From positions 1-52,546 of the forward strand of contig CAZJVP010000002.1 of the NCBI GenBank assembly GCA_964549615.1: a stretch of 52,546 nt of DNA, read 5' to 3'. Under the pieces are notes generated by a model. The model was not told where the DNA came from, did not search any database, and saw only the letters and a program-made list of their open reading frames with translations. The position numbers were made by a program, and so were the translations under genes. The stretch is from an uncultured Thermococci archaeon. GTDB taxonomy: Archaea; CAYQAE01; CAYVLA01. Of the stretch, positions 37,522 to 46,700 are shown piece by piece. Each line of letters starts with the position of its first letter. Within the stretch, counting starts at the first letter, position 1.

Positions 37522-38913
37522 CTACTCGCAGAAGCGCAGCGAGTACAGATCCGCGTCCTTCAGCTCGAAGCGCAGCCTCACGGGCCTCCCCGCCAGAGAC
37601 CCAAGGTCCCGGCCCGGAGCCCATTCGACGGCATGCTCCACCTCGTCCCCGTAAATCTCCTCGCAGCTTTCCCTCTCAAACCCGGGGATTGGCCTGCCCC
37701 TCTCGTCCGCCACCTCAACCCGGATGCTGCCCGCAGCGGACGTCGAGTAGTTCAGGACGAGTTTGCTACCCTCGAACAAGAACGGCCGCGTGACGAGCTC
37801 CCCACCGGAATACGGGGCGTGGGCTGACACGAAGCCATCCACCCTCAGGGTGTGCCGGCGCAGGCGACAGCCTTCGGTGTAGTAGCCCTCGTTGCAGTAC
37901 AAGGAGAGTTCGTCGGGCATGCCCGCAATCGAGGCCTTCGTGACCAGGATCCCCCAGGCCGTCATGTTGTTCCTCTCCCACCATCGTTCCCTCTGCGGCC
38001 CGGGCCTGATGAACGCCTCAAGCCATCGGTTCCAATGAAGGCCGTCCCTGCTTGACATGAAGACGCCGTCCGAAAGCCCCGGCAGGGGATGCTCCGCCAC
38101 CTTCTTCCTTTCCGGCAGGAACCGCTTGGGGAAGCCAAGGTAGATGTGGGGGGCACGGAAGTAAGGCACGATCGCGTTGGTGTAGAGCTGTTCGCGCGGC
38201 AGAGCCCCGAAGTCCAGATACCGGGGCTTGGTCCAGTTGATGAAATCCTGAGAGGTCGAGGTCATGATCTCCCGGACGCCGTCCCGCCAGCCCCTGTGGT
38301 ACTCCACGTACCTTCCCGCTAGGGAATCCCAGAATGCGAGGTTCTGCGAGTCGAAGGCCCCCTCGGTGATCACCGGGTCATCCTGGATCATCTCCCAGTG
38401 GATCCCGTCAGCCGACCGGAAAGCCAGAAGGCCCTTCTCCGCGCTCGCCACGGCCTTGTACCTCTCATTCGGTCCGCAGTCGGGGTTGGCATCCTTGAAG
38501 GGGGTGAAGTTGTGGTTCCCTAGCCCCATCCACACGATGTTGTTGCGCTTGGAGCCGTTGAAATCGAAGATGCCCAGCTCGGGCCTTCTCCAGTGGATGC
38601 CATCTTCGCTCTCCGCGTAACAGGTGACCGAGTGCGCGATGTTCTTCGTATCCCAGTCGTAATGACAGCCCCGGTAGTACATGCGGAAGATCGGGCCGTC
38701 GCGAAAGACCGTGACATAGGCGCTCGTGTTGCCCTCCCAGGGCTTGTCGAAGACCATGACGACCTCCTGCGCGATGGGGCGGTTCAGCCTCAGCTCAACG
38801 CCGCGCATGCGGTCGATGAGCCAGCCGTCGACGAGAAGCTCGAGGCGTGAGCCTATCTGAACGGGGACGACCTTCCCTCGCCGGGCGTGCCTTCCTACCG
38901 GACTTCTCCTCAT
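37522..38913 (-). CDS. Putative five-bladed beta-propeller glycoside hydrolase (GH32/43-like)
   Basis: KPWEG, FRMYY, YAESEDGIHW, SADGIHW, FDSQN, SQDFINW, SRDGLHW, LRVDGFVS, DADLYSLRF. Confidence 0.7.
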   Translation of the reverse strand: MRRSPVGRHARRGKVVPVQIGSRLELLVDGWLIDRMRGVELRLNRPIAQEVVMVFDKPWEGNTSAYVTVFRDGPIFRMYYRGCHYDWDTKNIAHSVTCYAESEDGIHWRRPELGIFDFNGSKRNNIVWMGLGNHNFTPFKDANPDCGPNERYKAVASAEKGLLAFRSADGIHWEMIQDDPVITEGAFDSQNLAFWDSLAGRYVEYHRGWRDGVREIMTSTSQDFINWTKPRYLDFGALPREQLYTNAIVPYFRAPHIYLGFPKRFLPERKKVAEHPLPGLSDGVFMSSRDGLHWNRWLEAFIRPGPQRERWWERNNMTAWGILVTKASIAGMPDELSLYCNEGYYTEGCRLRRHTLRVDGFVSAHAPYSGGELVTRPFLFEGSKLVLNYSTSAAGSIRVEVADERGRPIPGFERESCEEIYGDEVEHAVEWAPGRDLGSLAGRPVRLRFELKDADLYSLRFCE

Positions 38914-39007
38914 ACAGGACCTCCCGTCCCGTCAATCAGCCCTTCCAGATAAGGATTATTTCCCAGAAGGGACGCCTTCCCCCAACCCCAAGGCGTCCGA
39001 CCACTGC

Positions 39008-39325
39008 TTAAGCCGGCTGGGTCTCCTGCGCCAACCACCGCAGGTACGCGTCGCTGCCCGCCACCACCGGCAGGACAATTACCTCTGGGAGCTTGTAGGG
39101 ATGGTTCTCCAGTATTATGCGCTGCGCCTCCGATCGGCGGTCGCTGCTGGTCTTGGCGATCAAGAGCACCTCACGGTCCTCGTTCATCCTTCCCTCCCAG
39201 CGGTAGAAGCTCGCGATGGTCCCGAGCATATTGACGCAAGCCGCTGCCTTGGCGGAGACGAGGGCCCGGGCTATCCTCCTGCCTGCCTTGTGGCTAGGAC
39301 ACGTCGTGATGATCAGCTCAAACAC
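39008..39325 (-). CDS. cutA: Divalent-cation tolerance protein CutA
   Basis: AAACVN, SFYRWEG, E..LIAKT, HPYKLPEVI, YLRWL. Confidence 0.92.
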   Translation of the reverse strand: MFELIITTCPSHKAGRRIARALVSAKAAACVNMLGTIASFYRWEGRMNEDREVLLIAKTSSDRRSEAQRIILENHPYKLPEVIVLPVVAGSDAYLRWLAQETQPA

Positions 39326-39486
39326 CGGGTCTACCTCCTTTAGAGCATAAAGTGACGGCCTTGTAAATACGTGATGCGTGAGTCCGAGGACGGGGGGCGA
39401 TCCACCTTGCGGATGCCACCGAGCCTTTCAACGCCTTGTACACGCACATCATGCCTGGCTGCACCCCGCGGCCGATAGGTTAATCT

Positions 39487-39759
39487 ATGATGCCGCAGCT
39501 ATGTATAGTGATGGAGCACGCGAAGAGCAACTTGGCCTCCGGACGCGAACCAGACTACGAAAGGCTCCTCTACGTCTGCGAGACCGACAGGATCCGCCTC
39601 CAGAAGCGCGTCGCCGAGTTGGAGGCGGAGGTCCGCGAGCTCAGAAGACAGATAGCAGAACTCAGGACAGAGATCGCCAGCAGGCGGCCGATGCCCAAGA
39701 CCTCCAACGAGATCGCGCCCAGGGGCGTGATTTCGGCCGAGGGCCCACTGGCCTGGTAG
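39487..39759 (+). CDS. Small coiled-coil hypothetical protein
   Basis: Heptad run LQKRVAELEAEVRELRRQIAELRTEI. Confidence 0.5.
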   Translation: MMPQLCIVMEHAKSNLASGREPDYERLLYVCETDRIRLQKRVAELEAEVRELRRQIAELRTEIASRRPMPKTSNEIAPRGVISAEGPLAW

Positions 39760-39878
39760 ATGCCCGGCCGCCCTAAACCGGGTCCAGTCGGAATGCACGT
39801 GGCTAGGTCAGAGTGGTACGAGTTTCCCGTCCGGACTGCGTGGCAAAAGATATCAACCGTCTGCCTGCACGCTCACCC

Positions 39879-40898
39879 ATGAACGGTTTGGGGAGAATGC
39901 TCACCGCCCTTGACCTTCGAGAACCTGATCGGATCCCCATCTGGGAGCTCATCATAAACGAGCCCGTGATAGCAGCCCTCGCGGGGTCCGTGTCGAAGGA
40001 GGATTTCTACGAAAGCGAGGGCCTCGACGGGATCAGCGTCTTTGAGGATGTCCGAAGGGTCCAGGTGATCGATCCCGCAACCTACCGGGACGAGTGGGGG
40101 ATACTGTGGAGGATCGAGCCAAGCGGGCTTGCATATCCGAGCGGAGGACCCATAAAGCTTCCTGAAGATCTCGACACGTACAGCCCTCCCGATCCAGATG
40201 CCGAGCATCGACTCCAGTCCCTGGAGCGGGCGGTCAAGCGATTCAAGGGAACGAGGGCCGTGGTCTTCGCCTGCCACGAGGGCTTTGAGTTCTCCCACTA
40301 CCTGAGGGGGATGAGGAGACTTTTGCTGGACTACTACCGCAATCCCAGGCTTGCCCGCCGCCTTGCCCGCATCGTAACCGACTACAAGAAGAAGGTCATT
40401 GCCCGGGCGATCGACCTTGGTGCGGACGTGGTGCTCACGGGTGACGACTACTGCAACCGGAACGGCCCGCTGATGTCGGTCGCCCACTTCGAGAAGTTCG
40501 TGCTGCCGTACCTCAGGGAAACGGTGGCCGTCGCACGCAGAAGGGGGATCCCTTACATCAAGCACACGGACGGCAACATCTGGCCCATCTTCGAGCAGCT
40601 AGTCAACGCTGGGATAACGGCAATCGACCCACTCGAACCGGCAGCGGGGATGGACATCGGCGAGGTTAAGGAGAGGTACGGCGACCGAATATGCCTCATC
40701 GGCAACATCGACTGCGGCGAACTCCTCTCGTGGCGCTTCCCGAGGGACGTCGCAGACTCGGTCAGGGAGACCGTCGCGAGGGCCGGCCCCGGAGGGGGAT
40801 ACATCCTCTCCTCAAGCAACAGCATCCACCCAGCAGTCAAGCCCGAGAACTACCGGGCCATGGTCCAAGCCGCTAGGCGCTACGGCAAGTACGCCTAG
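39879..40898 (+). CDS. Uroporphyrinogen-decarboxylase-like / MtaA-CmuA-like methyltransferase family protein
   Basis: EPDRIP, DEWG, GDD, KHTDGN, DPLEP, LIGNID, GGGYILSSSNSIH, ENY. Confidence 0.88.
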   Translation: MNGLGRMLTALDLREPDRIPIWELIINEPVIAALAGSVSKEDFYESEGLDGISVFEDVRRVQVIDPATYRDEWGILWRIEPSGLAYPSGGPIKLPEDLDTYSPPDPDAEHRLQSLERAVKRFKGTRAVVFACHEGFEFSHYLRGMRRLLLDYYRNPRLARRLARIVTDYKKKVIARAIDLGADVVLTGDDYCNRNGPLMSVAHFEKFVLPYLRETVAVARRRGIPYIKHTDGNIWPIFEQLVNAGITAIDPLEPAAGMDIGEVKERYGDRICLIGNIDCGELLSWRFPRDVADSVRETVARAGPGGGYILSSSNSIHPAVKPENYRAMVQAARRYGKYA

Positions 40899-41134
40899 GA
40901 GGCCCGTTCAGGCACGACCTGATCGCCGAGTGACCCCGCAGGTCGTCCGATGCCGGGTTCGATGGGCGCCTCCTGCCCGCCCCAGAGTAGAAACACTTAT
41001 CAATCGTTTTGCGCCGACTGTGGCCCAACAGGCTGGGAAGGGCGCACTATTTCTTCCACAATCCCCCCAAACACAATCCCCCCACCCTTCCCAGCCTGAA
41101 TTCGTGCATGTACCGCTCCAAGCGCCTTTGGGAT

Positions 41135-41164
41135 CTACGTCCGGCAGGGCTACGTCCGGCAAGG
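41135..41164 (+). repeat. Two-copy 15-bp tandem repeat, intergenic
   Basis: CTACGTCCGGCAGGG CTACGTCCGGCAAGG. Confidence 0.6.
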
Positions 41165-41224
41165 CGCAAGCTAACCAACAAAACGATGGGCGGTCGCGTG
41201 CCAAAAAGGGGCCAAAGCCGCACC

Positions 41225-42478
41225 CTAGGGTATGAGGCTAAGATCCCCTGTGAACGCGGCCTGGAGCGTCGGCCTCATGAGCCTGTCGACGTCCTCCGGC
41301 CCCATGGGCGTCGGCATGTTCTGCAGCTTCATCTTCAGTTGCGGGTCCTTGGCTGCCTCCAGCATGCGCTCGATGTGGGACTCGGTTGCCCCAGCTTCCT
41401 TCAGCGTGGTCGGGAAGTCGATGCTCCTGCAGAACGCGATCATGCCCTTCGCGACCGCAATCGCCAGATCCCGGCCAGAAAGCCTGGCGCTGCCCTTGAT
41501 GAGGCCAGCCGCCTCGTATATGGCTGCGACCTTTCTCAGCTGATCGCCTATTGCAGGGGCAAACAGCACGGTGTAGTACGGGTTCAGAACCGCGCATGCC
41601 CTGCCGTGGGACAGCACGTCAACGAGCGAGAAGCTTCCCAGATGGGGCCCGCTCGTCCCGCCCAACATTATGCTGTAGCCGCCGAGATCGGTCGCAAGGC
41701 CAAGCGCGTACCGGGCCTCCAGATCGTTGCCGTTCTTCAGGGCAGCAGGCAGGTTCTCTAGGACCAGCTTGATGCCGAGCTGGGCGACTTCGCTGATCAG
41801 GCCGTAGTTGGGCTTGCCGGTCGCGCCCATCCAGACCTCCCAGCAATGCGATATCCCGTCAAGTGCACCGTCCTTCGTGAAGCCGGGAGGCATCGTCCGG
41901 CTGACGTCGTACTGGTAGACGGATGCCCTCGGAACGATCGAGTCGTCGACAATGAGCTTCTTCTGGCCCGATACAACATCGGTGATGTTGGAGTACTTCG
42001 TGAGGTGTGCCCCCGAGCTGCTCGCGGTCTGAACCGCCACGAGTGGGATCTGCTGCCCGCCCGACTTCTCCGTGACCTTTCCTGTCCCAAAGTAGTCGTC
42101 TATGAGCCCGCCGTAGAGCTTGAGGACGAGACACGCCTTGGCAGCATCGATCGTGCTTCCTCCGCCGACGACCACGACCCCGTCGGGGTTGGCACGCGTG
42201 ACCTGGTACGCCAGACGGTAGAGGTCCTCCCTCGGCGCATTCGCCCGGGCCCCGTCAAAGGAGTCAACCACCTTGACGCCTGCGGACTTCAATGACGCCT
42301 CAACCTGCCTCATCGGGTCGCTGCCCTTCAGGTAGGTGTCGACCACGATCGCGATCTTGTTGCCGAGCCTCGCTGCGTAGGGTCCCACTCGTTTGAGGGC
42401 GCCGTCGCCGAAGGCATAGTTATCTCCCTTGAAATCCCTAAGCAGCTTCTCGGCCTTCGCCTTGTCCTCCTTTCTCAC
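41225..42478 (-). CDS. Iron-containing alcohol dehydrogenase
   Basis: GGGSTIDAAK, DGISHCWE, HLGSF..SHGRAC (Fe-ADH D/H/H/H ligands). Confidence 0.88.
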   Translation of the reverse strand: MRKEDKAKAEKLLRDFKGDNYAFGDGALKRVGPYAARLGNKIAIVVDTYLKGSDPMRQVEASLKSAGVKVVDSFDGARANAPREDLYRLAYQVTRANPDGVVVVGGGSTIDAAKACLVLKLYGGLIDDYFGTGKVTEKSGGQQIPLVAVQTASSSGAHLTKYSNITDVVSGQKKLIVDDSIVPRASVYQYDVSRTMPPGFTKDGALDGISHCWEVWMGATGKPNYGLISEVAQLGIKLVLENLPAALKNGNDLEARYALGLATDLGGYSIMLGGTSGPHLGSFSLVDVLSHGRACAVLNPYYTVLFAPAIGDQLRKVAAIYEAAGLIKGSARLSGRDLAIAVAKGMIAFCRSIDFPTTLKEAGATESHIERMLEAAKDPQLKMKLQNMPTPMGPEDVDRLMRPTLQAAFTGDLSLIP

Positions 42479-42585
42479 CAGAACTCACCTGCCTGCCATT
42501 GCCCGTTTGCGTTTCTTAAATGATGCCCAAAGGCAGGCTCATCCGGGATTCGACAAGTTGGAGTGATTCCAAGCCGGCGTCTCAC

Positions 42586-45318
42586 TCAGACTTGGACGGA
42601 GGCCATCCTCTCGGTCAGGCTGCCGATCCTTTGCCGCGTCCGCAGCAACAACCTGGGGTCCTGCGAGAAGTGGGTCAGATCGCGGCACAGCCGGGCCGGG
42701 ATCCGTAGCAGTCCCCTTGCCTGCTTCAGCATCCGGACGACCTCCGGCGCGCTACAGAAAGAAAGGCGATCGACCTCCTGCCGAAGCCTCGCAAGCATCT
42801 CGTAGTCCTCTATCCCGTGGCGAACGCATTCGAGCCTCACTGAGCTGAGGGGACCTCCGTCCAGACCCGGGTAGATCAGTTGGCCGTCCCCATTCGTGGC
42901 CGTCGGCCCGGTGTAGGTGTTCCACGGAACTTGGGGCCACCTCCCGCCGCGGTCGATGGCCCGGCGGGCAGTCGGGTCGGGCAGACTCGCGGTCTCCCTT
43001 TCGAGGCTGGGCTCGCCGACGCAGTTGCTCGACCAAAGGTTGATGCAGTAGTACAGGAAGCCCGTCACGCCGTACTTCCAGGTCTGCCAGAACAGGATCC
43101 TGTGGTCCAGCGCCGGATAATCCACGAAGAGGTTCGCGAAGGGATGGCGCGGCCACATGCTCACATACCACCAGAGCTCTTCGCCTTCCGCCTGCCTCTC
43201 CTTGTAGATCGCTTCGAAACGATCGGTCTGCGGCACCCAGATGTCCACGGTGCCGAAGATCCGCGGCAGCTCATGCGATGGCCCGATCGTGCAGGCCCTT
43301 TTGAGGTCGGGGTATGCCGCCTTTACGGCCGCGTAAGCCTCCCTGAGCTGCTCATAGCGGTCTGGGGTCACCTCATCAAAGCCGTAGACGTACGCCCACC
43401 GTAGCCAGCCTTTTTCCCTGAGGAACTCCACCGTCGGCCGGAGGCTCTCGATCCACTGTGCAAGCCTTTCCTCCTGCAGGTATCCCATCGATACCACATT
43501 TGCCCCGCCTCCCATCGCCCTGCCGACATCCTCGATCCTGGGCCGCGGCTCATCCTCGTACTGGCAGGACGGGCTGATGCGCCTGCGCAGCAGGAAGTCG
43601 TAGTACAGCCAGCGCTGCTCTCTGGTGAGCGGCCTCCTGTAGAAGGCCTCTATCTCCCTCTCGAACATGGGGAATGCCGTCCTCAAGGTGGTTCTCACCG
43701 GCAGCTCGAAGCCCCAGACCCTCAGCGAAACCGGGATTCGCAGCGGAGCGCAGCCGGAAGGTTTGATCAGGAAGCAGCCGCGGTACCTGCCCGGTCGGGC
43801 GTTCTTTGGGACCGTCGCGGTGACCCACAGGACCTCGAAATGCCCCTTAGCGACCGTGAAGGGCTGAGCGGGCAGAAGCGGGTCCGGATGAGCTCCAACG
43901 TACTCAGCGACGTATCTGGGTCGCCTGGTCACCACGCTCCCGACCCTCCACACCTCGATCGCATCGCGCCCAAGCTGCGCCCCACGCGGCGCGCTGAGCG
44001 GCCCTGCATCAACGGTACACCCGGCGAGCGCATGATCGAACGCCATGACGACCAGCTGGGCCGAGTCGCAGCCCCTCCTCGGAGCCTGTAACTTCACCTG
44101 CCTAGAAAGGCCGTCTGGGAGGGGCCTGCCGGGAAAGATCTTGACCAGGGTATGTGTCGACAGCACAGCCGCCGTCGCTCCGGGGTCGGGCAGCTGCGAG
44201 CGATGGTGGAGGATGCTTGCCCGGAGCTCGAGCCGTTCAAGTTCAGCTTCCAGGCGATGCCATGCTCGAGCGGTCTGGCGCCACCGACTCATCGCTTCGC
44301 GCACTTTTGCAAGGCCACGTTCCATGCTCTCGGCCTCCTTTCTGAGGAGGCCCAAGCCGGATTCGGCCGTCACCCGGAGGGCGCTTTGCAAACGAGCGAC
44401 CCTTTGCCCGAGTGCCATGCACCCGTCGCTGAGAGGAAACCTCGCTATCTCTACGCCTGACGATCTAACGACAACGAGAGCCACGCCTGCCTCGGGTAGG
44501 TCGAAGTTAGCGCGGAGGCTAGTTCTCCCCGGCGGAACGGTGAACCGCGCGCGGCCGACCGTCGCCGAGTTCTGCACCGCCTCAACGGTCGCAACTCGAC
44601 ATTTCCCCTGCCCGTTGAACAACACGAAGGAAGCACGGATTCTGCGCGGAAGAAGCCGGGCCCCTGCCAGGCCGCCGGAAACCCCATCCGCCCCGAATAC
44701 CACCTCGCCATACCGCTTCGGAATGTCCGTTCTTCCCAGGTACATGACCGACCATGAGGAGTTGTCCTCCTGGCGCTTGTACTCATGCCGGAAGATGTTG
44801 AAGCGCCATACGCCCCCGGGCTTGGGGGACCTGACGCCGAGGAGACTGAACGGTATGTAGGCCGCAAAACTCCATCCGTCCGTATCGAAGACCTGGGTGA
44901 GCCTGCCCTCGCCGCCCCACCACTGAGCAGGCGCGCCCCCTCCTCCGTCGATCGCCATCACTCCGGCAGGGCACATCCTTATCCGATACCACCGGCCCCT
45001 ACGGGGGCTAAGCAACAGCTGGAGCTGCTCGTGCTTGGCCTGACTCTCGACAACGTCGTCCCTCCCGTGGTTAGGCCTATACAGCTTCCCGGTGATCTCG
45101 ATTCCACGTGCGTCGTACGCAAGCCAGAACCGCGCGCGGTCGGGGCTAAGCGTCCCGTCCATGAAGTTGACCAGGAACGGTATCGCCGCCATCCTCCCCC
45201 GATTGGCGCTGCTCAACGGCGCCGCTGGTTCGGGACATCTGTCGAGCATCGGTATGGTGATGCGTGGAACCGGGGCCTCCAGATGCCGCTTCTCCATGGG
45301 ATAGGAGCCCATCGTCAA
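42586..45318 (-). CDS. CBM9-like + DUF4091/GH123-like glycoside hydrolase
   Basis: N-terminal WSFAAYIPFSLLG..WRFNIFR..SW (CBM9-like); C-terminal YGFDE, DIWVP, LWWY, TGFLYY, NGDGQLIYPG, SVRLE..GIEDYE. Confidence 0.8.
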   Translation of the reverse strand: MTMGSYPMEKRHLEAPVPRITIPMLDRCPEPAAPLSSANRGRMAAIPFLVNFMDGTLSPDRARFWLAYDARGIEITGKLYRPNHGRDDVVESQAKHEQLQLLLSPRRGRWYRIRMCPAGVMAIDGGGGAPAQWWGGEGRLTQVFDTDGWSFAAYIPFSLLGVRSPKPGGVWRFNIFRHEYKRQEDNSSWSVMYLGRTDIPKRYGEVVFGADGVSGGLAGARLLPRRIRASFVLFNGQGKCRVATVEAVQNSATVGRARFTVPPGRTSLRANFDLPEAGVALVVVRSSGVEIARFPLSDGCMALGQRVARLQSALRVTAESGLGLLRKEAESMERGLAKVREAMSRWRQTARAWHRLEAELERLELRASILHHRSQLPDPGATAAVLSTHTLVKIFPGRPLPDGLSRQVKLQAPRRGCDSAQLVVMAFDHALAGCTVDAGPLSAPRGAQLGRDAIEVWRVGSVVTRRPRYVAEYVGAHPDPLLPAQPFTVAKGHFEVLWVTATVPKNARPGRYRGCFLIKPSGCAPLRIPVSLRVWGFELPVRTTLRTAFPMFEREIEAFYRRPLTREQRWLYYDFLLRRRISPSCQYEDEPRPRIEDVGRAMGGGANVVSMGYLQEERLAQWIESLRPTVEFLREKGWLRWAYVYGFDEVTPDRYEQLREAYAAVKAAYPDLKRACTIGPSHELPRIFGTVDIWVPQTDRFEAIYKERQAEGEELWWYVSMWPRHPFANLFVDYPALDHRILFWQTWKYGVTGFLYYCINLWSSNCVGEPSLERETASLPDPTARRAIDRGGRWPQVPWNTYTGPTATNGDGQLIYPGLDGGPLSSVRLECVRHGIEDYEMLARLRQEVDRLSFCSAPEVVRMLKQARGLLRIPARLCRDLTHFSQDPRLLLRTRQRIGSLTERMASVQV

Positions 45319-45402
45319 GCTTCGCGCGCATAGGGGGGTTGAAAAAGGAATCGAGTCGCACGGCCCAAAGCTGCGCCCGGGACCGGGAAGCTTAGCATGC
45401 CC

Positions 45403-46137
45403 TCAGGATGGCCGGCCCACGACGCTCATATAGAGCACGCTCTCCTCGACGCCATCAACGCCGATCAGCGCGTTGACCTCGTCGTCGTAGAGCGCCCCGA
45501 TCTGGCAGCTGCCCAGCCCCAGGGCAACAGCCGCCAAGGCAAGGTTCTGCGCAATGTGCCCGGCGTCAAGGTAGACGTAGCGATAGGCCCTCTGCCCGTA
45601 CTTCCACTTCGACCTCCCGAAGACGCCGGTCCATACGAAGACGACCGGCGCACGGTAGGCCATCTCCTGGTCAAGCGCGGCCCGGCAGGCCTGGGTACGG
45701 AAGTCCCCCTTCCTCAGCTGCTCAAGCTCGTGACCCAACACCAAGTAATGGTAGACGCCCCTCTCGACCCCCGCGACCGCGTTGGCGATGAGATACGTCT
45801 CGACCGGGTAAAGAGCCCCGGCTGACGGGGCGGCCCTAAGCTCATACCCCCGGCCCCGACGGGTTACGCCTTGGCATGCCCAGAGAAGCTGCGAGAGATC
45901 CCCGATCGAGAGCTGTTCCGGCAAGAAGTTCCTCACGCTTCTGCGCTTTGAAATGACCGTCCATATCGACGGTCCACCCTCGATCGAGGGGCTGGGAAGC
46001 TTGACCTTCGGGCGATCAGGATAGCTCTTGTACGTTTCCGGCTTCCCTGCCCAATCCAGCTCGCCCCTCGGCAACTCGCCTCTCCGATACTTCGTCTGAA
46101 GGTGGAATTCGTCGCCGACGCCGCTCATACGCTTCAC
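45403..46137 (-). CDS. SagB/ThcOx-family nitroreductase-like dehydrogenase
   Basis: RRSVR, RAAPSAGALYP, KYGQRAYRY, DAGHIAQN. Confidence 0.92.
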   Translation of the reverse strand: MKRMSGVGDEFHLQTKYRRGELPRGELDWAGKPETYKSYPDRPKVKLPSPSIEGGPSIWTVISKRRSVRNFLPEQLSIGDLSQLLWACQGVTRRGRGYELRAAPSAGALYPVETYLIANAVAGVERGVYHYLVLGHELEQLRKGDFRTQACRAALDQEMAYRAPVVFVWTGVFGRSKWKYGQRAYRYVYLDAGHIAQNLALAAVALGLGSCQIGALYDDEVNALIGVDGVEESVLYMSVVGRPS

Positions 46138-46165
46138 CCGTCAGATCGCTGCTGTGCGCACAGAT

Positions 46166-46696
46166 TTATTTCTCATGCAGCAGGTTCTCCATCACCACGA
46201 CATCCAACCATCGCCCGAACTTGAACCCTACCTCCTTGAGGCGTCCCACCTCTTGAAAACCCATTTTCCTGTGGAGTGCGATGCTGACGTGGTTTGCTGC
46301 GTCCAGGCGGGCAATGATCGCATGGTGTCCGGCCCTTCTCGCCTCATCCACGAGTTTGCGCAGGATCATGGTGCCTATGCCCTTTCCCCTGAACTCCCTG
46401 CGCACGTATACGGAGTCCTCGACAGTAGCCTGATAGCCGCATCGATCGCTGAACCTTGACAATGAACCCCAGCCCACCACGCTGTCGCCCAAGATGGCAA
46501 CGATGATGGGATGCCGATCGTCATGCTCCTCCATCCACCTCCTCTGCTCCTCCATGGTCTTGGGTTCGAAGTCGAAGGTGGCCGTCGTGTTGAGGATCGC
46601 CTCGTTGTAGATCGAGGTGATCTCTGGCAAGTGGCGCCCGGTGGCGCCAGTTATCTTCACCGCTTGCGCCAGGCCGCCGGGTCTCATGCTCGCCAT
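46166..46696 (-). CDS. GNAT acetyltransferase (phosphinothricin acetyltransferase/YncA-like)
   Basis: IYNEAI..TATF, VEDSVYV, RGKGIG, SIALH..GF, VGFKFGRWLD. Confidence 0.9.
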   Translation of the reverse strand: MASMRPGGLAQAVKITGATGRHLPEITSIYNEAILNTTATFDFEPKTMEEQRRWMEEHDDRHPIIVAILGDSVVGWGSLSRFSDRCGYQATVEDSVYVRREFRGKGIGTMILRKLVDEARRAGHHAIIARLDAANHVSIALHRKMGFQEVGRLKEVGFKFGRWLDVVVMENLLHEK

Positions 46697-46700
46697 GCTT

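Noticed and set aside
39340-39486. Possible structured ncRNA or riboswitch between cutA and the coiled-coil ORF
   Set aside because: Only partial complementarity (GTGATGCGTG vs CACGCACATCA) and no recognisable family motif; would need an Infernal/Rfam search.
39879-40898. True HemE for heme synthesis
   Set aside because: Two divergent copies, an HxD metal-site-like motif, a corrinoid/MttB context and no hem genes fit the methyltransferase-like branch better.
41135-41164. Tandem repeat as a mini-CRISPR
   Set aside because: Two adjacent 15-bp units with no spacer and no cas genes.
45403-46137. SagB-like gene as a RiPP (azole peptide) cluster
   Set aside because: No YcaO cyclodehydratase or precursor peptide nearby; standalone SagB-like nitroreductases are common in archaea.
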